Source: Mobula hypostoma (taxonomy: Eukaryota). Taken from it: a DNA stretch of 64,000 nt. Under the pieces are notes generated by a model. That model had not been told where the DNA came from and searched no databases. It saw only the letters and a list, made by a program, of their open reading frames with translations. The stretch spans positions 196,852,001 to 196,916,000 of the forward strand of contig NC_086097.1 of assembly GCF_963921235.1 (NCBI RefSeq), written 5' to 3'. Below, piece after piece: positions 12,296 to 26,107 of this stretch (position 1 is the first letter of the stretch; every line of letters begins with the position of its first letter). Made by a program: the position numbers and the translations under genes.

Positions 12296-14202
12296 CATTG
12301 GCTATCCTCTGGAGTACTGCCATGACATTTTCACTGGTTATTAACGTCATCCCTGCTCTGTCACGTCTAAAACAACAGAACTCCAGAATATTGATCTGCC
12401 AGTACTGCCCCTCCTGCAACCAAGTTTCAGTAATGGCTACAACATCATAATTCCAGGTGTTGATCCTTGCCCTGAGCTTATCCACCTTTCCTCCGATGCC
12501 TTACAGTGGAGTATATGCGCTCAGGGCGCTAGTGGCACCATGCTTAACCTTTTGATTCCTGGCTTTGTCTGGGTCTTACCAACATCTGTCGCCACAACCT
12601 CACCACTAACTATTAAGGCATTCTGGTTCCCATGCCTCTGCAACTCTAGCTTAAAACCCACATGTAGCATTAACAAACCTTCCTGTGAGGATATTATTCC
12701 CCCTCCTTTTGTGCAGGTTCCACCTTCCCTGGAAGAGAGCCCTATGATCCAAAAATCATATGCCCTCCCTACTGCACCAAATCCTTAGCTACATGTTAAA
12801 CTGTATAATCTTAGTTCTGACCTCACTAGCACATGGCACAGTTAGCAATCATGAGATCACAATCATGGAGGTCTTGCTCTTCAACTTAGCAACTAACTCC
12901 ATAAGCTCCCTCTGCCGAACCACGTCACGCGTCCTACCCATGTCATTGGTACCAATGTGGACTATGACTTCTGGGTGTTCACCCACCCATTTAAGAATGC
13001 TGAGGACTCGATCTGGGATGTCCTGGACCCTGGCACCCAGGAGGCAACTTGCCATCTGGGAATCTCATTCTCGCTCACAGAACCATCTGTCTTTTCCTTT
13101 AACTACTGAATCCCCTATCACGAGAGCATGTTTTCTCCCCACTTCCCTTCTGAGTCAAAGAGGCCAAAGAACCGACTGCTGTGCCTTTCCTCTATTAAGT
13201 CATCTGCCCCCATGGTATCCAAAGTGGTATGTGTGTTGTTGAGGAGGATGGCCACAATGGTATTCTGCACTGGCTACTTAACCTCTTTCCCCTTCTTGAC
13301 TGTCACCCAGTCTCCTGTATCCTGCGCACTCATCCACACAGCTCTTGAACTTGGTTGCAACTGTGCTGTATGCATTCAGACTTGAAGATGAATTCTTGAA
13401 TATTGTCCAGTCTGTTGACTCAGACCAGACCTATAAGCATTCCTCTGTCTCCTTTGACCACACCTCTTGATCCTCCTGGCTGGTACTGTATTTTTTCGTC
13501 TCTGCCAGTATGACGGGAGGAACAGTTCATATACCCTATATACAGTAATGCATGCCTGTTTTTGAACTTTTTCAAATGATTAGGCAAGTCCATATACACG
13601 GTCATTCCTCTAAAATTATTCTTAATACTGGCTTAAGTTGGCTAATTCTCAGCAATCAGTTTAAAATATTTTTTTTCCTATTGTTTTAATATGCAATCGT
13701 TATCAGTTTTAGTAGCAGTTTATCTGTTGCAATGATGTCCAAAAGTATTTTGCAGTTACTCATTTATAAGGTTAACTTCCAGAAGAGAAAATTTTGATCC
13801 TGTTACTGGCACTGGCTGGCATGTTGTCACAACTACCCTCCATATTTGAACATTTCTTTGTGCTTCCAAACTTCTGAAAATGCTTTGAAGAATGTTTTGA
13901 AAATTTTATCCCATAAATGCTGACTGACCTCATTTATTTCCAGGCTATTTTGATTTTTTACAATAACATAGCTTCTCTTAAAGCAGACCTCTCAAATGTA
14001 GTTCAGCAGATGTAGAAAAAAATTCTGCAAAACTTGAGGTATAACAAAAATATTAGAACCACAACATTCAAGTCCATTCAAATGTTAGATTAGGCAGTAT
14101 TGGTACAGGGAGAAATAGATTTGATATTTTCAAGGTTCAAGGAAAATTTATTATCAAGTATATGTATGTCATCAAATGCAGCCTTCAGTTTGTTTTTCCA
14201 GA

Positions 14203-17200
14203 GTCATAGGAAAGTACAGCACAGAAACAGGCCCTTAAGTCCAACTAGTGCAGTTCAATCCATTTAGACTTGTTAGTCACATCGACCTGCGTAGCCCTTC
14301 ATAACCCTCCCATCCATGCACCTATCCATACTTCTCTTGAACATGGAAATTGAGTTCACATGCACCACTTGTGCTGGCAGCTCAGTGTACACTCTCACAA
14401 CCCTCTGAGTGAAGAAGTTTCCCCTCATGATTCCCCTAAACATTTTCTCATCCGTTACCCCTCAGTGGAAAAGCCTGCTTGCATTTACCCAATCTATACC
14501 CATCATAATTTTGAACACCTTTATCAAATCTGCCCTCAATCTGCTATGTACCAAGGAATAAAGTCCGAAAGTCCTAACTTATTCAATCTTGTACCGTGGT
14601 ACCGGAAACTTCGTGAATGCTGTAGAATTTTCTGTTTCTGCATAAATATGACCTAAAATGTGATCAAATCTTCAAGTAAGTCCTAAAGCTAGATAAAGAG
14701 AACCCAATTAAATAAATAACACAAAAACATTATACTTGTTCATTTATTTATTGAGAAAATGATCCAACATTACATTTATTTATTGGTACAAGTATGTGAG
14801 TCTCTGGTGCTAATGCCTTCTACAAAAGCTATTTGGAATCAGGTGTTCCAATCAATGAGATGAGTTTGGAGGTGTGGGTTGTACAGCTGCCCCGCCCCAT
14901 TAAAAAAAAAAGACGCACAAAGTCCGGTTACTAACAGAGCCTGCTCTTCTCAAGAAAGATCTCTTTTTGTGCACCATGCTTCAATCAAAACAACTTTCAG
15001 AGGACCTTAGAAGAATTGTAGAGATGCATGAAGCTGGATTTCAACAGTATTTCTAAAGACCTGAGTGTTCATCAGTCCACAGAAGGAGAAATTGTCTCCA
15101 AGTGGAGGAAACTCAGTACTGTTGTCAAGAGTGGGAATCCTGCAAAGATTACATCAAGAGCACAACATACAATGCTGAAGGAGGTGAAAAAGAACACAAG
15201 GGTAACAGCAAAAGACGTGCAGACATCCCTAGAACTTGCTAAAGTCTCTGTTCATGTGGCCATTATATTAAAAAAAAACACTGAACAAGAATAGTGTTTA
15301 TGGAAGAACAGTACAGAGAAAACGACTGCTCTCCAAAAAAAAAAATTGCTACACATCTCAAGTTTGCAAAAGACCACCTGGATGTTCTACAATGCTTCTA
15401 GGACAATGTTCTGTGGGCCGATGGGGCAAAAGTTTAACTTTCTGTCAGAAATGCACATTGCTGTGTTTGGAGGAAAAAGGGCTCTGCACACCAACACCAA
15501 AACCTCACCCCAACTGTGATGCATAGTGGAAGAAGCAACATGGTTTGAGGCTGCTTTGCTGCCTCATGGCCTGAGCAGCTTGCACTCATTGAGGGAACAA
15601 TGAATTCAAATCTGTATCACAACATTTTACAGGAGAATGTCAGGGTAGCATTCTGTCACTTGAAGTTCAATAATCCTGACCTTAATCCTAAAGAAATGTT
15701 GTGTACAGACCTGAAGCAAGCAGAAGCAGCTCTTGCAAGGAAGCCCACCAACATCCCAGAGTTGAAGCAGTTTTGTAAGGAGGAATGACCTAACAATTAC
15801 CAACAATTATTAACAATTACCAGTACCATCTGGTTGAAGTTATTGCTGTTCAAGGGCATCACACCAGTTACTGAAAGCAAAGGTTCACATACTTTTTCCA
15901 ACAAATACATGTAATACTGGATGATTTTTCTCAACTAATAAATGAGCAAGTATAATGTTTTTTGTTTTTTAAATTTGATTCTCTTTATCTGGTTTCAGAA
16001 CTCGTGCCAAACGCTTTCTTTGAGACCATATCTACCTGTGCTAGCATTTTCAATGTGTTATGGGTCTGTATTCCCATGTCCCTTTGTTTTACCGCACTCC
16101 TCAGTGTCCTACCGTTTGCTGTATAAGACCCAGCCTGGATGATGCGACCAAAGTGCAACACCTTGCACTTGCCTGCATTGAATTCCATCTGCCATTTTTC
16201 AGACCATTTTTCCAGCTGGTCTAGATCCCACTTCAAGCTCTGATTGCCTTTCTCGCTGCCCTCTCAATCTTGGTGTTAATGTGCAAATTTGTTGATCCAA
16301 TGAACCACATTATCATCGAGATCATTAACATAGATGACAAAGAACAATAGACCCTGCTCTGATCCCTGGGGCACTCCACTAGTCACAGGCTTTCAGTCAG
16401 AGAGGCAATCATCTGCTACCACTCTCTGGCTTCACCCACAAACCCAATGTCTAATCCAATTTACTACCTCATCTTGAATGCCAAGTGACTGAACCTTTTT
16501 GACCATCCATCTTTAGGACCTTATCAAATGCCTTCATCAACTTTCCTGGTAACTTCCTCAAAGAACTTTTTAAGATTGGTTACACACACACAAAGCCATG
16601 CTGACTGTCCCTAATCAGTCCTTGTCTATCCAAATACTCATATATCCAGTCCCTTAGAATACCTTCCAATAACTTTCACACTACTGGTATCAGTATAATT
16701 TCCTGGTTTATTTTAGTCTTTCTTAAATAGTAGATTAACATTAGCTAGGATGATTTAAATATCTCTGCTAGGGCCCCTGCAATTTCTGCACTTGCCTCCA
16801 AGCGAACATTTTGTCCGCTGGGGGATTTATTCACCCATATTTTTATCAGGACAGCACTTACCTCTTTTCTGTAGTGTGTAAATACTCTATTACCTCGCTG
16901 CTGCTTTGCCTCACTTCTAAAGACTCTGTGCCCATCTCCTGAGTAAATAGAAATGCAAAAAATCCATTAAAGATCTCTCATCTCTTTTGGCTCCACGCAG
17001 AGATCTTCATTCTGATATTTCAGAGGTCCAGTTTTGTCCCTTGCAATCCTTTTGCTCTTTACATATCTGGAGAATCCGTAAGATTCTCCTTCACTTTGTC
17101 TGCTATCGCAACCTCATGCTTTCTTTTAGCGTCTCCTGATTTCTTTTTCAGTATTCTCTTGCTTTTCTTGGACTTCATAAATAACTCATTTGTTTCTACC

Positions 17201-17580
17201 TGCCTATACCTGCTATACTCATCTCTTTTTTTTTCCTTAACCAGGGCCTCAATATCTCTTGAAAACCAAGGTTCCCAAAACTTGTTATCTGTACCTTTTA
17301 TTCTGACAGGATGTACAGAAGTTGTACTCTCAAAATTTCACTTTTGAAGGCTTCCCACTTACCAAGAGTACCTTTGAGCGAAAACAGCCTGTCCCAATCC
17401 ACACTTGCCAGATCCTTTCTGATACGATCAAAATTGGCCTTTCTCCAATTTAGAATCTCAATTCACAGACCTGACATATCTTTTTCCATTTTTACTTTAA
17501 AACTAATGGCATTGTGATCACTAGATGCAAAGTGTTCACCCACACAGACATCTATCCACATGCCCTGTCTCATTCCCTAA
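14203..17580 (-). mobile_element. Degenerate CR1 hosting the Tc1 copy
   Basis: WSEKWQMEFNAGKCKVLHFG remnant; CR1 3' end at 14203. Confidence 0.8.
14594..15990 (+). mobile_element. Degenerate Tc1/mariner transposon (long IR type), right end truncated
   Basis: TA then ccgtgg start. Transposase remnants SKQLSEDLR, SISKDLSVHQST, KKNTRVTAKD, MNSNLYHNILQEN, PDLNP. Inner IR (aagtatgtga / tcacatactt). Confidence 0.85.
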
Positions 17581-18472
17581 GTGTCATCACTGGAGGAGTG
17601 ACAACGTCAAGAGAGGGTTGTAGAGTTGTCGAATCTGACTCGTCAAGCCCAAAGGGATTTTAAAACTAGCATCACAATGTTAAAATAGAGGTGCTTCCAA
17701 TACTAAAACCATAGTAAAGCAATTATTCGCTCTGCAGAGAAAACATTGATTATTGCACCAGGTGAAAGCCTTCATTAGAAATGGGCACTGGATGAGAAAT
17801 AAGCTGTTTAATGGGATTGACTCAAAAAGAGCAGAATAGGCAAGTTGAAACTGACAATGCTAGCACTTGTTACACTATTATATGCTTCCACATAAAGGTT
17901 AAATGCGTAGTGAATTTATTTTCATGGTGGGTATGTGATGTTGGTGATGGTGCCACATCTCAGTGAAGTTGGAATACAAAATTGAATTTGTGCTTCATCA
18001 CACTTAGATTCCTCGACAGACATAAGCTTGAGGTTCACAGTCAGGTTCATATCAAACACTGAAGAAGAGCTTGGAGAATTGTATAGGGATTAGACCATGG
18101 CTGAGAGTTAAATTATAAAACAAGTTCAATTTTTTTTTATATATGTTCATGAGTTTGGAAGATGATGATTTGATAAAGCGTCCAAACTGAGATGGGATTT
18201 GTAGATTAAGTGTGTAGAGACTGTTCTTTGGCCAAAGAATCTAGATAATGGGAATATTCTTCAAAATTAAATCTAAGCTATTTCTGAATTGGGATGGAAC
18301 AGGAATCTGAATCACTTGCTTTCAAAAAATTGTGAACATTGTGGTAAATTTATATTTAAATTTTCTGATGTGCAATGGAGGGTATTTTGTAAGGCAAGAA
18401 TGTTTATAGAGGAAAGGTCAGTTGATATCTTTCTGATTGGTAGAACCAGCCAGAAATGCTGAATAGAACTGA

Positions 18473-18685
<213 letters not shown>

Positions 18686-19139
18686 TGAGTATAACCATGT
18701 TGAATGAAAAAGTCAAAAAGTCACCAGGCGCCATAATATTGAAGTAAAAACAAAGATGCTGAAGCTCTCAGTTCTAATGAAGGGACTCAGACTTGGAATG
18801 TTAATTATATTTCTTTTTCCACAATTGTTGCCTGACATGCTGAGTGTTTCTAGCATTTTCTTTGAAATACATTCAACTTGTTTAAAGCAAAAAGCAAAGC
18901 CATGAAATCAAGATTTTAAATTTTAAAAGGACATTAAAGACTAATTTTTTTTTTCATGTGTTGTGATTCAATTATATCTGAAGAGCAATTGGGTTCTGTG
19001 TGCTCACAATGCTTACTTTTGGCCAGCCTGTCACTGAGTCCTGCCCAGCAAGTCCAGTATTGTCAACAAGTACAAATTGCAAGTGTGATGTTCTTTAACA
19101 ATTTATTTTTTTCCATAAATATATGTTACATGAGTAGCA

Positions 19140-19340
19140 AACACGAGGAATTCTGCAGATGCTGGAAATTCAAGCAACACACATGAAAGTTGCTGGTGAA
19201 CGCAGCAGGCCAGGCAGCATCTCTGAGAAGAGGTACATTTGACGTTTCGGGCCGAGACCCTTCGTCATGGCCCTTCGTCGACTGTACCTCTTCCCAGAGA
19301 TGCTGCCTGGCCTGCTGCGTTCACCAGCAACTTTGATGTG
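19140..19340. mobile_element. Penelope pLTR-derived fold-back mini-element
   Basis: 16-bp TSD tgttacatgagtagca (19124-39 / 19341-56); two inverted pLTR arms. Confidence 0.88.
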
Positions 19341-20212
19341 TGTTACATGAGTAGCATGTGCCTTGCCTGCAAAGTAGGTCTCAAGTAGAAAATAAAACCC
19401 ACACTTTTCTCATTGATCACCTCTGACATCATCTTTGATCTACACTCAATCTTTCCTGCTACTTTCAACATCTGCTTTCCGTTCTGCTCTTGACAATCTA
19501 TTTTCCCCACAACCTGACTTTACTCCTAGGTTCTCCTGCTGCCTTAAAATGAACTATCTTCTCTCTGATTCCATTAGTTTTTAACACTCATGATCTTTCC
19601 CCTCAGTTCCCTTCCTTTCTCTTCACTCTCTTCCTTTCTCTTCACTCTCTTCCTCTTCCCCACCACCACAATTGTCAAGGACTAATAGAAAGTTAGTGTG
19701 CATTAAAATATCATTGTTAACATAGAGGTGTACCCATCCCAAATGTCACCTTTGCATGGTATATTTTTACAAGTTGAAGGATTTCTATCCCAAAGTTTGT
19801 AAAACAGATTTGCAAATAATGACGTATTCATTGACTGATCTCTACCTACTGTAAATTTGGATAGAATGTACCTACATATTTCTCATCTGAATTTAACAAT
19901 TTACTGTTTTCACTGAATTTTAAGCATTAGGGAATGTCATGGCTCTCTGTATCAGGAAATAGTTAATCTTTTAAACAGTAATATCTTAACTGATGTTTAT
20001 CAAGGATTAATACCTAGAAAATTATTCCTCTCCTACATCCCTTGGGAATTCTGTCCTCGGCTGGACCTGTCTCGAAGCATTTGGTCAAACATTCTCAGCA
20101 TTTATTTCTCTGTGTATCCTTCTGCCTTTGTTATCTCTGCTCCACAGCTGTCATTCACACAAGGCAACTTATAGTGCCAAATGTCACAGACCAACTGATG
20201 AAAATATGCTTT

Positions 20213-20822
20213 TCCCAGTGGCCACACATTTTAATTCCACATCCCATTCCCATTCTGACATGTCTATCCACGGCCTCCTCTACTGTAAAGATGAAGCCAC
20301 ACTCAGGTTGGAGGAACAACACCTCATATTTCGTCTGGGTAGCCTCCAACTGATGGCATGAACATTGACTTCTCTAACTTCCGCTAATGCCCCACCTCCC
20401 CCTCGTACACCATCTGTTATTTATTTTTATACACACATTCTTTCTCTCTCTCTCTCTCCTTTTTCTCCCTCTGTCCCTCTGACTATATCCCTTGCCCATT
20501 CCCTGGGTTTTTTTCCCCCCTCCCCCTTTTCCTTCTCCCTGGGCCTCCTGTCCCACAATCCTCTCATATCCCTTTTGCCAATCACCTGTCCAGCTCTTGG
20601 CTCCATTCCTCCCGCTCCTGTCTTCTCCTTTCAATTTGGATCTCCCCCCCCACCACTTCCAAATCTCTTACTAGCTCTTCCTTCAGTTAGTCCTGACGAA
20701 GGGTCTCGGCCCGAAACGTCGACTGTACTTCTTCCTAGAGATGCTGCCTGGCCTGCTGCGTTCACCAGCAACTTTGTATGTTGCTTGAGTTTCCAGCATC
20801 TACAGAATTCTTCGTGTTTGCG
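20213..20822 (+). mobile_element. Penelope-like 3' fragment / pLTR
   Basis: PVATHFNSTSHSHSD...RLEEQHLIFRLG, the same family as 53380-54985. Confidence 0.88.
20689..20724 (+). ncRNA. Minimal type I hammerhead ribozyme motif (Penelope pLTR)
   Basis: AGTC-CTGACGA-A-GGGtctcggCCC-GAAA-CGTC^GACT; palindromic ACGT stem III. Confidence 0.8.
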
Positions 20823-20914
20823 TTTTTCAGTATTAACTGCTTTGACATAAAGTTATATTGAGAATGGTAATAGCTGTTTCCATAAATGTTTCATTGTTTT
20901 TATTCTCTTAATAG

Positions 20915-20981
20915 GAATTCATCTGGTACTCCTAAACAAGCAAGTGATTGTAGAACTCGTTCTACCATGGACAATAGCCAA
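20915..20981 (+). CDS. ROCK1: ROCK1 coding exon (divergent linker, NSSGTPKQASDCRTRSTMDNSQ)
   Basis: aatag|G acceptor, CAA|gtaagc donor, 67 nt. It supplies the phase 2 to phase 0 change needed between the neighbouring exons. Confidence 0.85.
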
Positions 20982-22475
20982 GTAAGCATTTTGTTATTGG
21001 GTTGAGATGATCCTCCAGTAGTTAAGTGCAATTCTTGATGCAGTTGTCACAGTTTTGACATTCTCTCTGCAATTCAAGAAAAACTATTGTAAAAAGTTTA
21101 TTACTAAAGTAAAAAGGTGAGTCTCAGAGTAATACGTCAAGAATGCTTTTGAAACACATGGGAGAGGAAAAACAAAATTGGCATCATCATTACAGGTCAC
21201 TTCAATATTTTTTTGAAGTAGCTTTTTCAAATTCTTCAGAGCTAGATACTCGAGTGGAGAAGCAGATTTATGGTGTTTGGTAGAACTCTGTCACACAATG
21301 CTGAGGGAATGAGGAAGATCGGTAGAACTTGTGGAGATGTGAAAAACATAGGAGCAAAGTGACCTTTAAAACTGCTTTGCCATTCAAAAGATCGTGATGT
21401 CCTTTCCAAACTTTCAACCACTGTTCTAGTCTATCCCCAATCTCTCAATTACCTTAATATCAAAACTTGATTTTACTCTTAAAATTAACCTATTATTTGG
21501 CATTCATGAATTCTTGAGGCTAGAGTTTTTTTACAATTAAATGGGGAAAAAAAAATTCTTTTTACCTTGATTCTGAAAGTATTGATACCTTATCCTGAGA
21601 TTTACTCCAGGGTCCTAAGGTCCTAAGGTGGATAGTCCACTTCAACCCTTCTCAGAATCTCATACATCTGAAAGAAATCACCTTTTATTGTTAGATTACG
21701 AGTTGATTTCCTTGGTCAATCATGCTCAATTTTTGCTCAAATGCCATCACATCACTAAAGAAGTTAAATGAATCTATCCTGCATCATTTATTAAACAGGT
21801 GTGAACTTTGTTAGAGTTGGACACCAAAATTGTACATGCAACAACAAAACCTTGTACAATTGAACCTTGCTTTAATTCCTCCAATTCCCTTGCAATGAAG
21901 GCCAAATTATTTTCTGTTTTAAATTCTTTGCTGTACCAGAATGTTAACCTGCTGCTGTCCATATAAGTGCAATTTTTTCTAATTGTTGATTTTTTGAAAA
22001 AACTTGCCACTTGCTTTTCTTCATAGGAAGGAAAAGTGGAAAAGAAACCAAATTATCAAAAGTAATGTATTAAGGACCTTCATAAAATAGCGTTGAAAAA
22101 GAAATGTAGAGGGCAATCTAATTCAGGAGGAAGTTTTGTTTTGCTGATGTTTGAAAATTTGGAGGTAGTATATACAAGAAGTTAATGTTCAATCTACTTT
22201 TTTTTCTTGATGCCTGATTTGTATGTGGATGTAGTAAGCACTTCCCCAGTTTGATATACAAATAAGGGATTTAGCAAAAAATACTGTTAAATATATAGAT
22301 ATGCATATAGATGAGTGGAAGAGACAGGTAAGTATTAACGGCTAAAAGAAAAGTGTAGAAAAGTAACGTAGTACATTATAAATTGGAGAAAAAATAAGGT
22401 AAGAAAAAATATTTCCTAGAAAGTATGCATTCTGGTGGATAAAGTCAACAGTAATTAACCATATAACAATTACAA

Positions 22476-22710
22476 CATAGAAGCAGGCCATCTCTGCCCT
22501 TCTAGTCCGTGCCGAACTCTTACTTTCACCTAGTCCCACCGACCTGCACTCAGCCCATAACCCTCCATTCCTTTCCTGTCCATATATCTATCGAATTTAA
22601 CTTTAAACGACAACATCGAACCTGCCTCAACCACTTCTGCTGGAAGCTCGTTCCACACAGCCACCACTCTGTGAGTAAAGAAGTCCCCCCTCATGTTACC
22701 CCTAAACTTT
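22476..22710 (-). mobile_element. CR1 3' end
   Basis: Typical CR1 3' UTR and C-terminal remnants. Confidence 0.7.
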
Positions 22711-23295
22711 TATGTTTCAATAATTGTTAAGTATCAAACTAAATGTTTTAATGAATTACTTTAAGTTTAATTTTGGGAAACATTTTAGTAGCAGGTAATT
22801 ATTACGACTAAAGAGTTCAGGATATCTGCAAAAGGACACTGTTACACATCTGACACCATAAATGTGCTTTAACTTTAAAGCCAAAACGTGAAGTTAAACT
22901 ATGATGAACCTTTTTAAAAAAGACTCAAGCAAAATGAATGTATATGGCAAATGTAATATCAGCAATTTATCTTGGGCAAAATATGACTCTAAATCATGGT
23001 CGGAGTACAATGATCAAATGATAGTTTTGAAATCAGCTTGGGGCTGATATTTTTTGTTAAGAATACACTGGAAAAAACAGCAGGATCATAATGGCTTGCT
23101 TGCACTGGGCTCTGGTAGCTCACTGTTTATTACAAGGTATGGACTAACTTCTTGCTGCATGGAAGCTAGAACTCAAAATATGAAGTGCATAATTATATAT
23201 GAGACCATGAATTGAAATTTATTATGAAACTGGCTAGCTTGGGCTGATAAGTTGTTCGATAACTAGTACTTAACCTGGTTTATTTTGGTTTTAAG

Positions 23296-23384
23296 ATTGA
23301 AAATTTGAAAAAGACAATTGGTGAACTTGAAGAGCGATTGCACAATGAAATACAATTAAAGGATGAATGGGAACAAAAATACAA
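23296..23384 (+). CDS. ROCK1: ROCK1 coding exon (IENLKKTIGELEERLHNEIQLKDEWEQKY)
   Basis: ttaag|ATT acceptor, AA|gtaagt donor, 89 nt. Confidence 0.93.
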
Positions 23385-23519
23385 GTAAGTCCTATAACAT
23401 GACATATTAATAACTGCTCCTATTGGCATGGGCCTGTTAGCCTTGGTCATTCCACTTCCATAAAGGTTTGGTTTCAACTTGGAATACTTATCTTGTAGTC
23501 TCTTGCACTTGGAAGAGTT

Positions 23520-23680
23520 TAAAGACAATTTCCTCTGGGTCCTCTGGTTTCCTCCCACAGTCCAAAGGCATACCGTTTGGTATGTTAATTAGTCATTGTA
23601 AACTATCCCATGATTAAGTAGGATTAAATCAGGGGATTGCTGGTCAGCGTGGCTCAAAGGGCCTATTCACCGGTGTATCT
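23520..23680 (+). mobile_element. V-SINE fragment
   Basis: ctctggtttcctcccacagtccaaag core and 3' part. Confidence 0.7.
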
Positions 23681-24134
23681 CAATTTTTTTTGGAAGTGCA
23701 AAATTATTTAAATAAATAAAATTGGCTAAAATATTTTCAAACATAGATAATAAAATAATAAACAGACCTAAAATAGTTCTAAGATATCTATTCTCAACTT
23801 TTTTTCTCTGTAACTTTACAATCCCTATCAAAAGCATTGGGGTCAGGATTTTTTCTATCTTTAGCATTACAGACTTGGAGGCTACTCTCCGTCTCTCTCT
23901 CCAAATTTCACAAAAAACTAAGCTTCTCCATTACATTCCTTTGGACACCCAGGAGAAAAAGAGTGTAGCACACCATGTGCATGAGAAGTCCTAGACTTCC
24001 ATTTAAACAAATGCTGGCTTGCATTTAAGAAAGCAGATACTCTGAGGAGTATTTTGACCAAATATGCTAGGCAAGAATTTGTCTACTGTGCTTTTTCCTT
24101 GCTTTTGAAAGTGTTTATTGATTTTTGTTTGCAG

Positions 24135-24183
24135 GACAGGAAATGTGAAGTTGGAGAAAATTGCAAAAGAACTGGACGATGAG
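24135..24183 (+). CDS. ROCK1: ROCK1 coding exon (TGNVKLEKIAKELDDE)
   Basis: tgcag|G acceptor, GAG|gtgatt donor, 49 nt. Confidence 0.92.
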
Positions 24184-25232
24184 GTGATTTGTGTTCATAT
24201 TTATTATTTATTGTAATATTTAACTAGCATTTACTTCTATGTGTATACTTAAGATTTGTTTTGAAAATGTTGGAATAGTTCTTCTTATTCCTATTTAGAG
24301 ATAATATCCTTGGGGTTGGTGGTGGTAGGAAAGTGGATCAGGATTTTTGAACGGAGGTTATTTGGACAGGGTATTATCCATGCAGGTCAAAGATGATGCA
24401 TTGGGAATGAACTGAACAGTTATTTTCGGCTGGAAGGTAGGGAGCAGATGATCATGGTTGAGGGGTAGTCCACTGAGTGAAAATTTTTGAGTTGATATTA
24501 GCTTTTCGGTAATCTAGTTGGGAGGCTTGTAGCTGGTCAAACAGTTGACCTGAAGGCATGGGACTTCAAGATTATGTGAAGACTCAGAGCAAGGAGTAAG
24601 AAATGCTTCAAGGATTACCCTTCAAACATTTCTCAGATAGAATGTCTCATAAGAATTACAAGCCATACTTGAATGCTGAAGTAAGTTTCATCCCTCCTTT
24701 TAAGATCAATATTGGAGTTTTATGTAAGATTGTTGTGAAAGTGCAGTCAAAATGTGCAGCACACATTGTTCGATTTTACTGATTGCATCTGGTGCCTTTG
24801 TGCATAAGCACATCATACATGTGCTATATCGGGAACTTCACTTTCAGTTAGGTTTCTAACAAAATTCAATGACTTACAAAAAAAATAGTTGGAAATGTTT
24901 TGGTTACTAATCTTTAGAAATTACCAATATAGGACCTGATGAAGGGTCTCAGCCCAAAATGTCAACTGCTTATTCATTTCCATAGATGTTGCTCGACATG
25001 CACAATTGATATTGTAGTTTCTCTGTGTTTTTCCGATCTAAAAAGTGTAAAAAAAATCTTTCTATCACTGCCACTTGGAAACCCACCAAGAATTTTGCTT
25101 TTTAGGTCAAAACTCAGTTACATTCAGGAAAAAGTCTTGCTATATTATTGAATTCTGTGTTTTGTGTACTGAAGCTAATTGTGAAGCTACTCTTCTGTTC
25201 TCCAATGTTTCTTGTTTTGCTTTTATCCAAAG

Positions 25233-25368
25233 GGTATTGCAAGAAAAACATTAGAAGTTAACTTGTCTCAGCTTGAGAAGGAAAAATTGATGGCACAGCA
25301 CAAGGTCAATGAATATCAAAGGAAATTAGAGCAAGAGGTTGAAAAGAGGCGCAATTTGGAAAATGAGG
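25233..25368 (+). CDS. ROCK1: ROCK1 coding exon (GIARKTLEVNLSQLEKEK...EKRRNLENE)
   Basis: caaag|GGT acceptor, G|gtgagt donor, 136 nt. Confidence 0.94.
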
Positions 25369-26107
25369 GTGAGTTCCATGCCAAAATCTGATGTGTTTCT
25401 GTTAAATAAAGTGGTGATATTTTAAAAATGAGCAGAGTTGACCATCAAATTAAACTTGGAAGAATTTTGTGTAAGATTTGAGATAGCAGAGCAAGTTATT
25501 CAGCCCCTGTGCCTGCTTTGCCATTCATTAGACAGAGTGCTCTGTTCTAGCTTTAGCCTTCCATCCTTCACATCCCTTAAAATTGTCCCTCCGTGATTAG
25601 TTTAGATTCAGTTATCATTATTGTAAGTCAAATGCCAGAGTGCTTTCAGAAAAGTAGTGAAGATTCTTGGAAAAGTCAAGATGTAATGCTTTGTATTCCA
25701 AGGAAACTTATTTTGACCTGAACAGTAATATTAATATACTCCTAATATTATGGCTCCTGTGGTTGGCAGGAACAGTTATGTGTGAGATTTTTACATTTAC
25801 TTAAGATTTACAAGGAGAGAAAGCAAATCTATGCCTGTTAGTTAGGATCACAATTCATGATTCTTAATTGGAAGGAGAAATGCAACAAAATAGATGAAGA
25901 CCTATTTAGAAAAATGAATTTGTAATTGGCAAATAGATTTCAGTATTGTTGAATATGCAAAACTGTCTTGGTTTAAAAAAAGTGTTTTTTTTTAATAAAC
26001 ACAGTCTTTGTCTCTAAATATGACAGAAAAGCAGAAGTATGGGAAGTAGGGGAAAAAACGGTTCTGATCTATACTTTGTTAATTGAAAAGGAGAGGGGTT
26101 ATTTGTG

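Larger units (their letters stand above)
9490..13330 (-). mobile_element. Degenerate long CR1 (ORF1 SGNH-esterase remnant plus ORF2) hosting two insertions
   Basis: HIGTND (12849-13055), AITETWL, RPVSLTS, DFSNAFD, RPVTSGV. Confidence 0.85.

Noticed and set aside
18770..18860. Hammerhead-like relic (ctaatgaagggactcagacttggaatgtt)
   Set aside because: Core nucleotides are mutated; it is only an old Penelope pLTR remnant.
19609..19655. Short tandem repeat ttcctttctcttcactctc
   Set aside because: Low-complexity local duplication with no functional sign.
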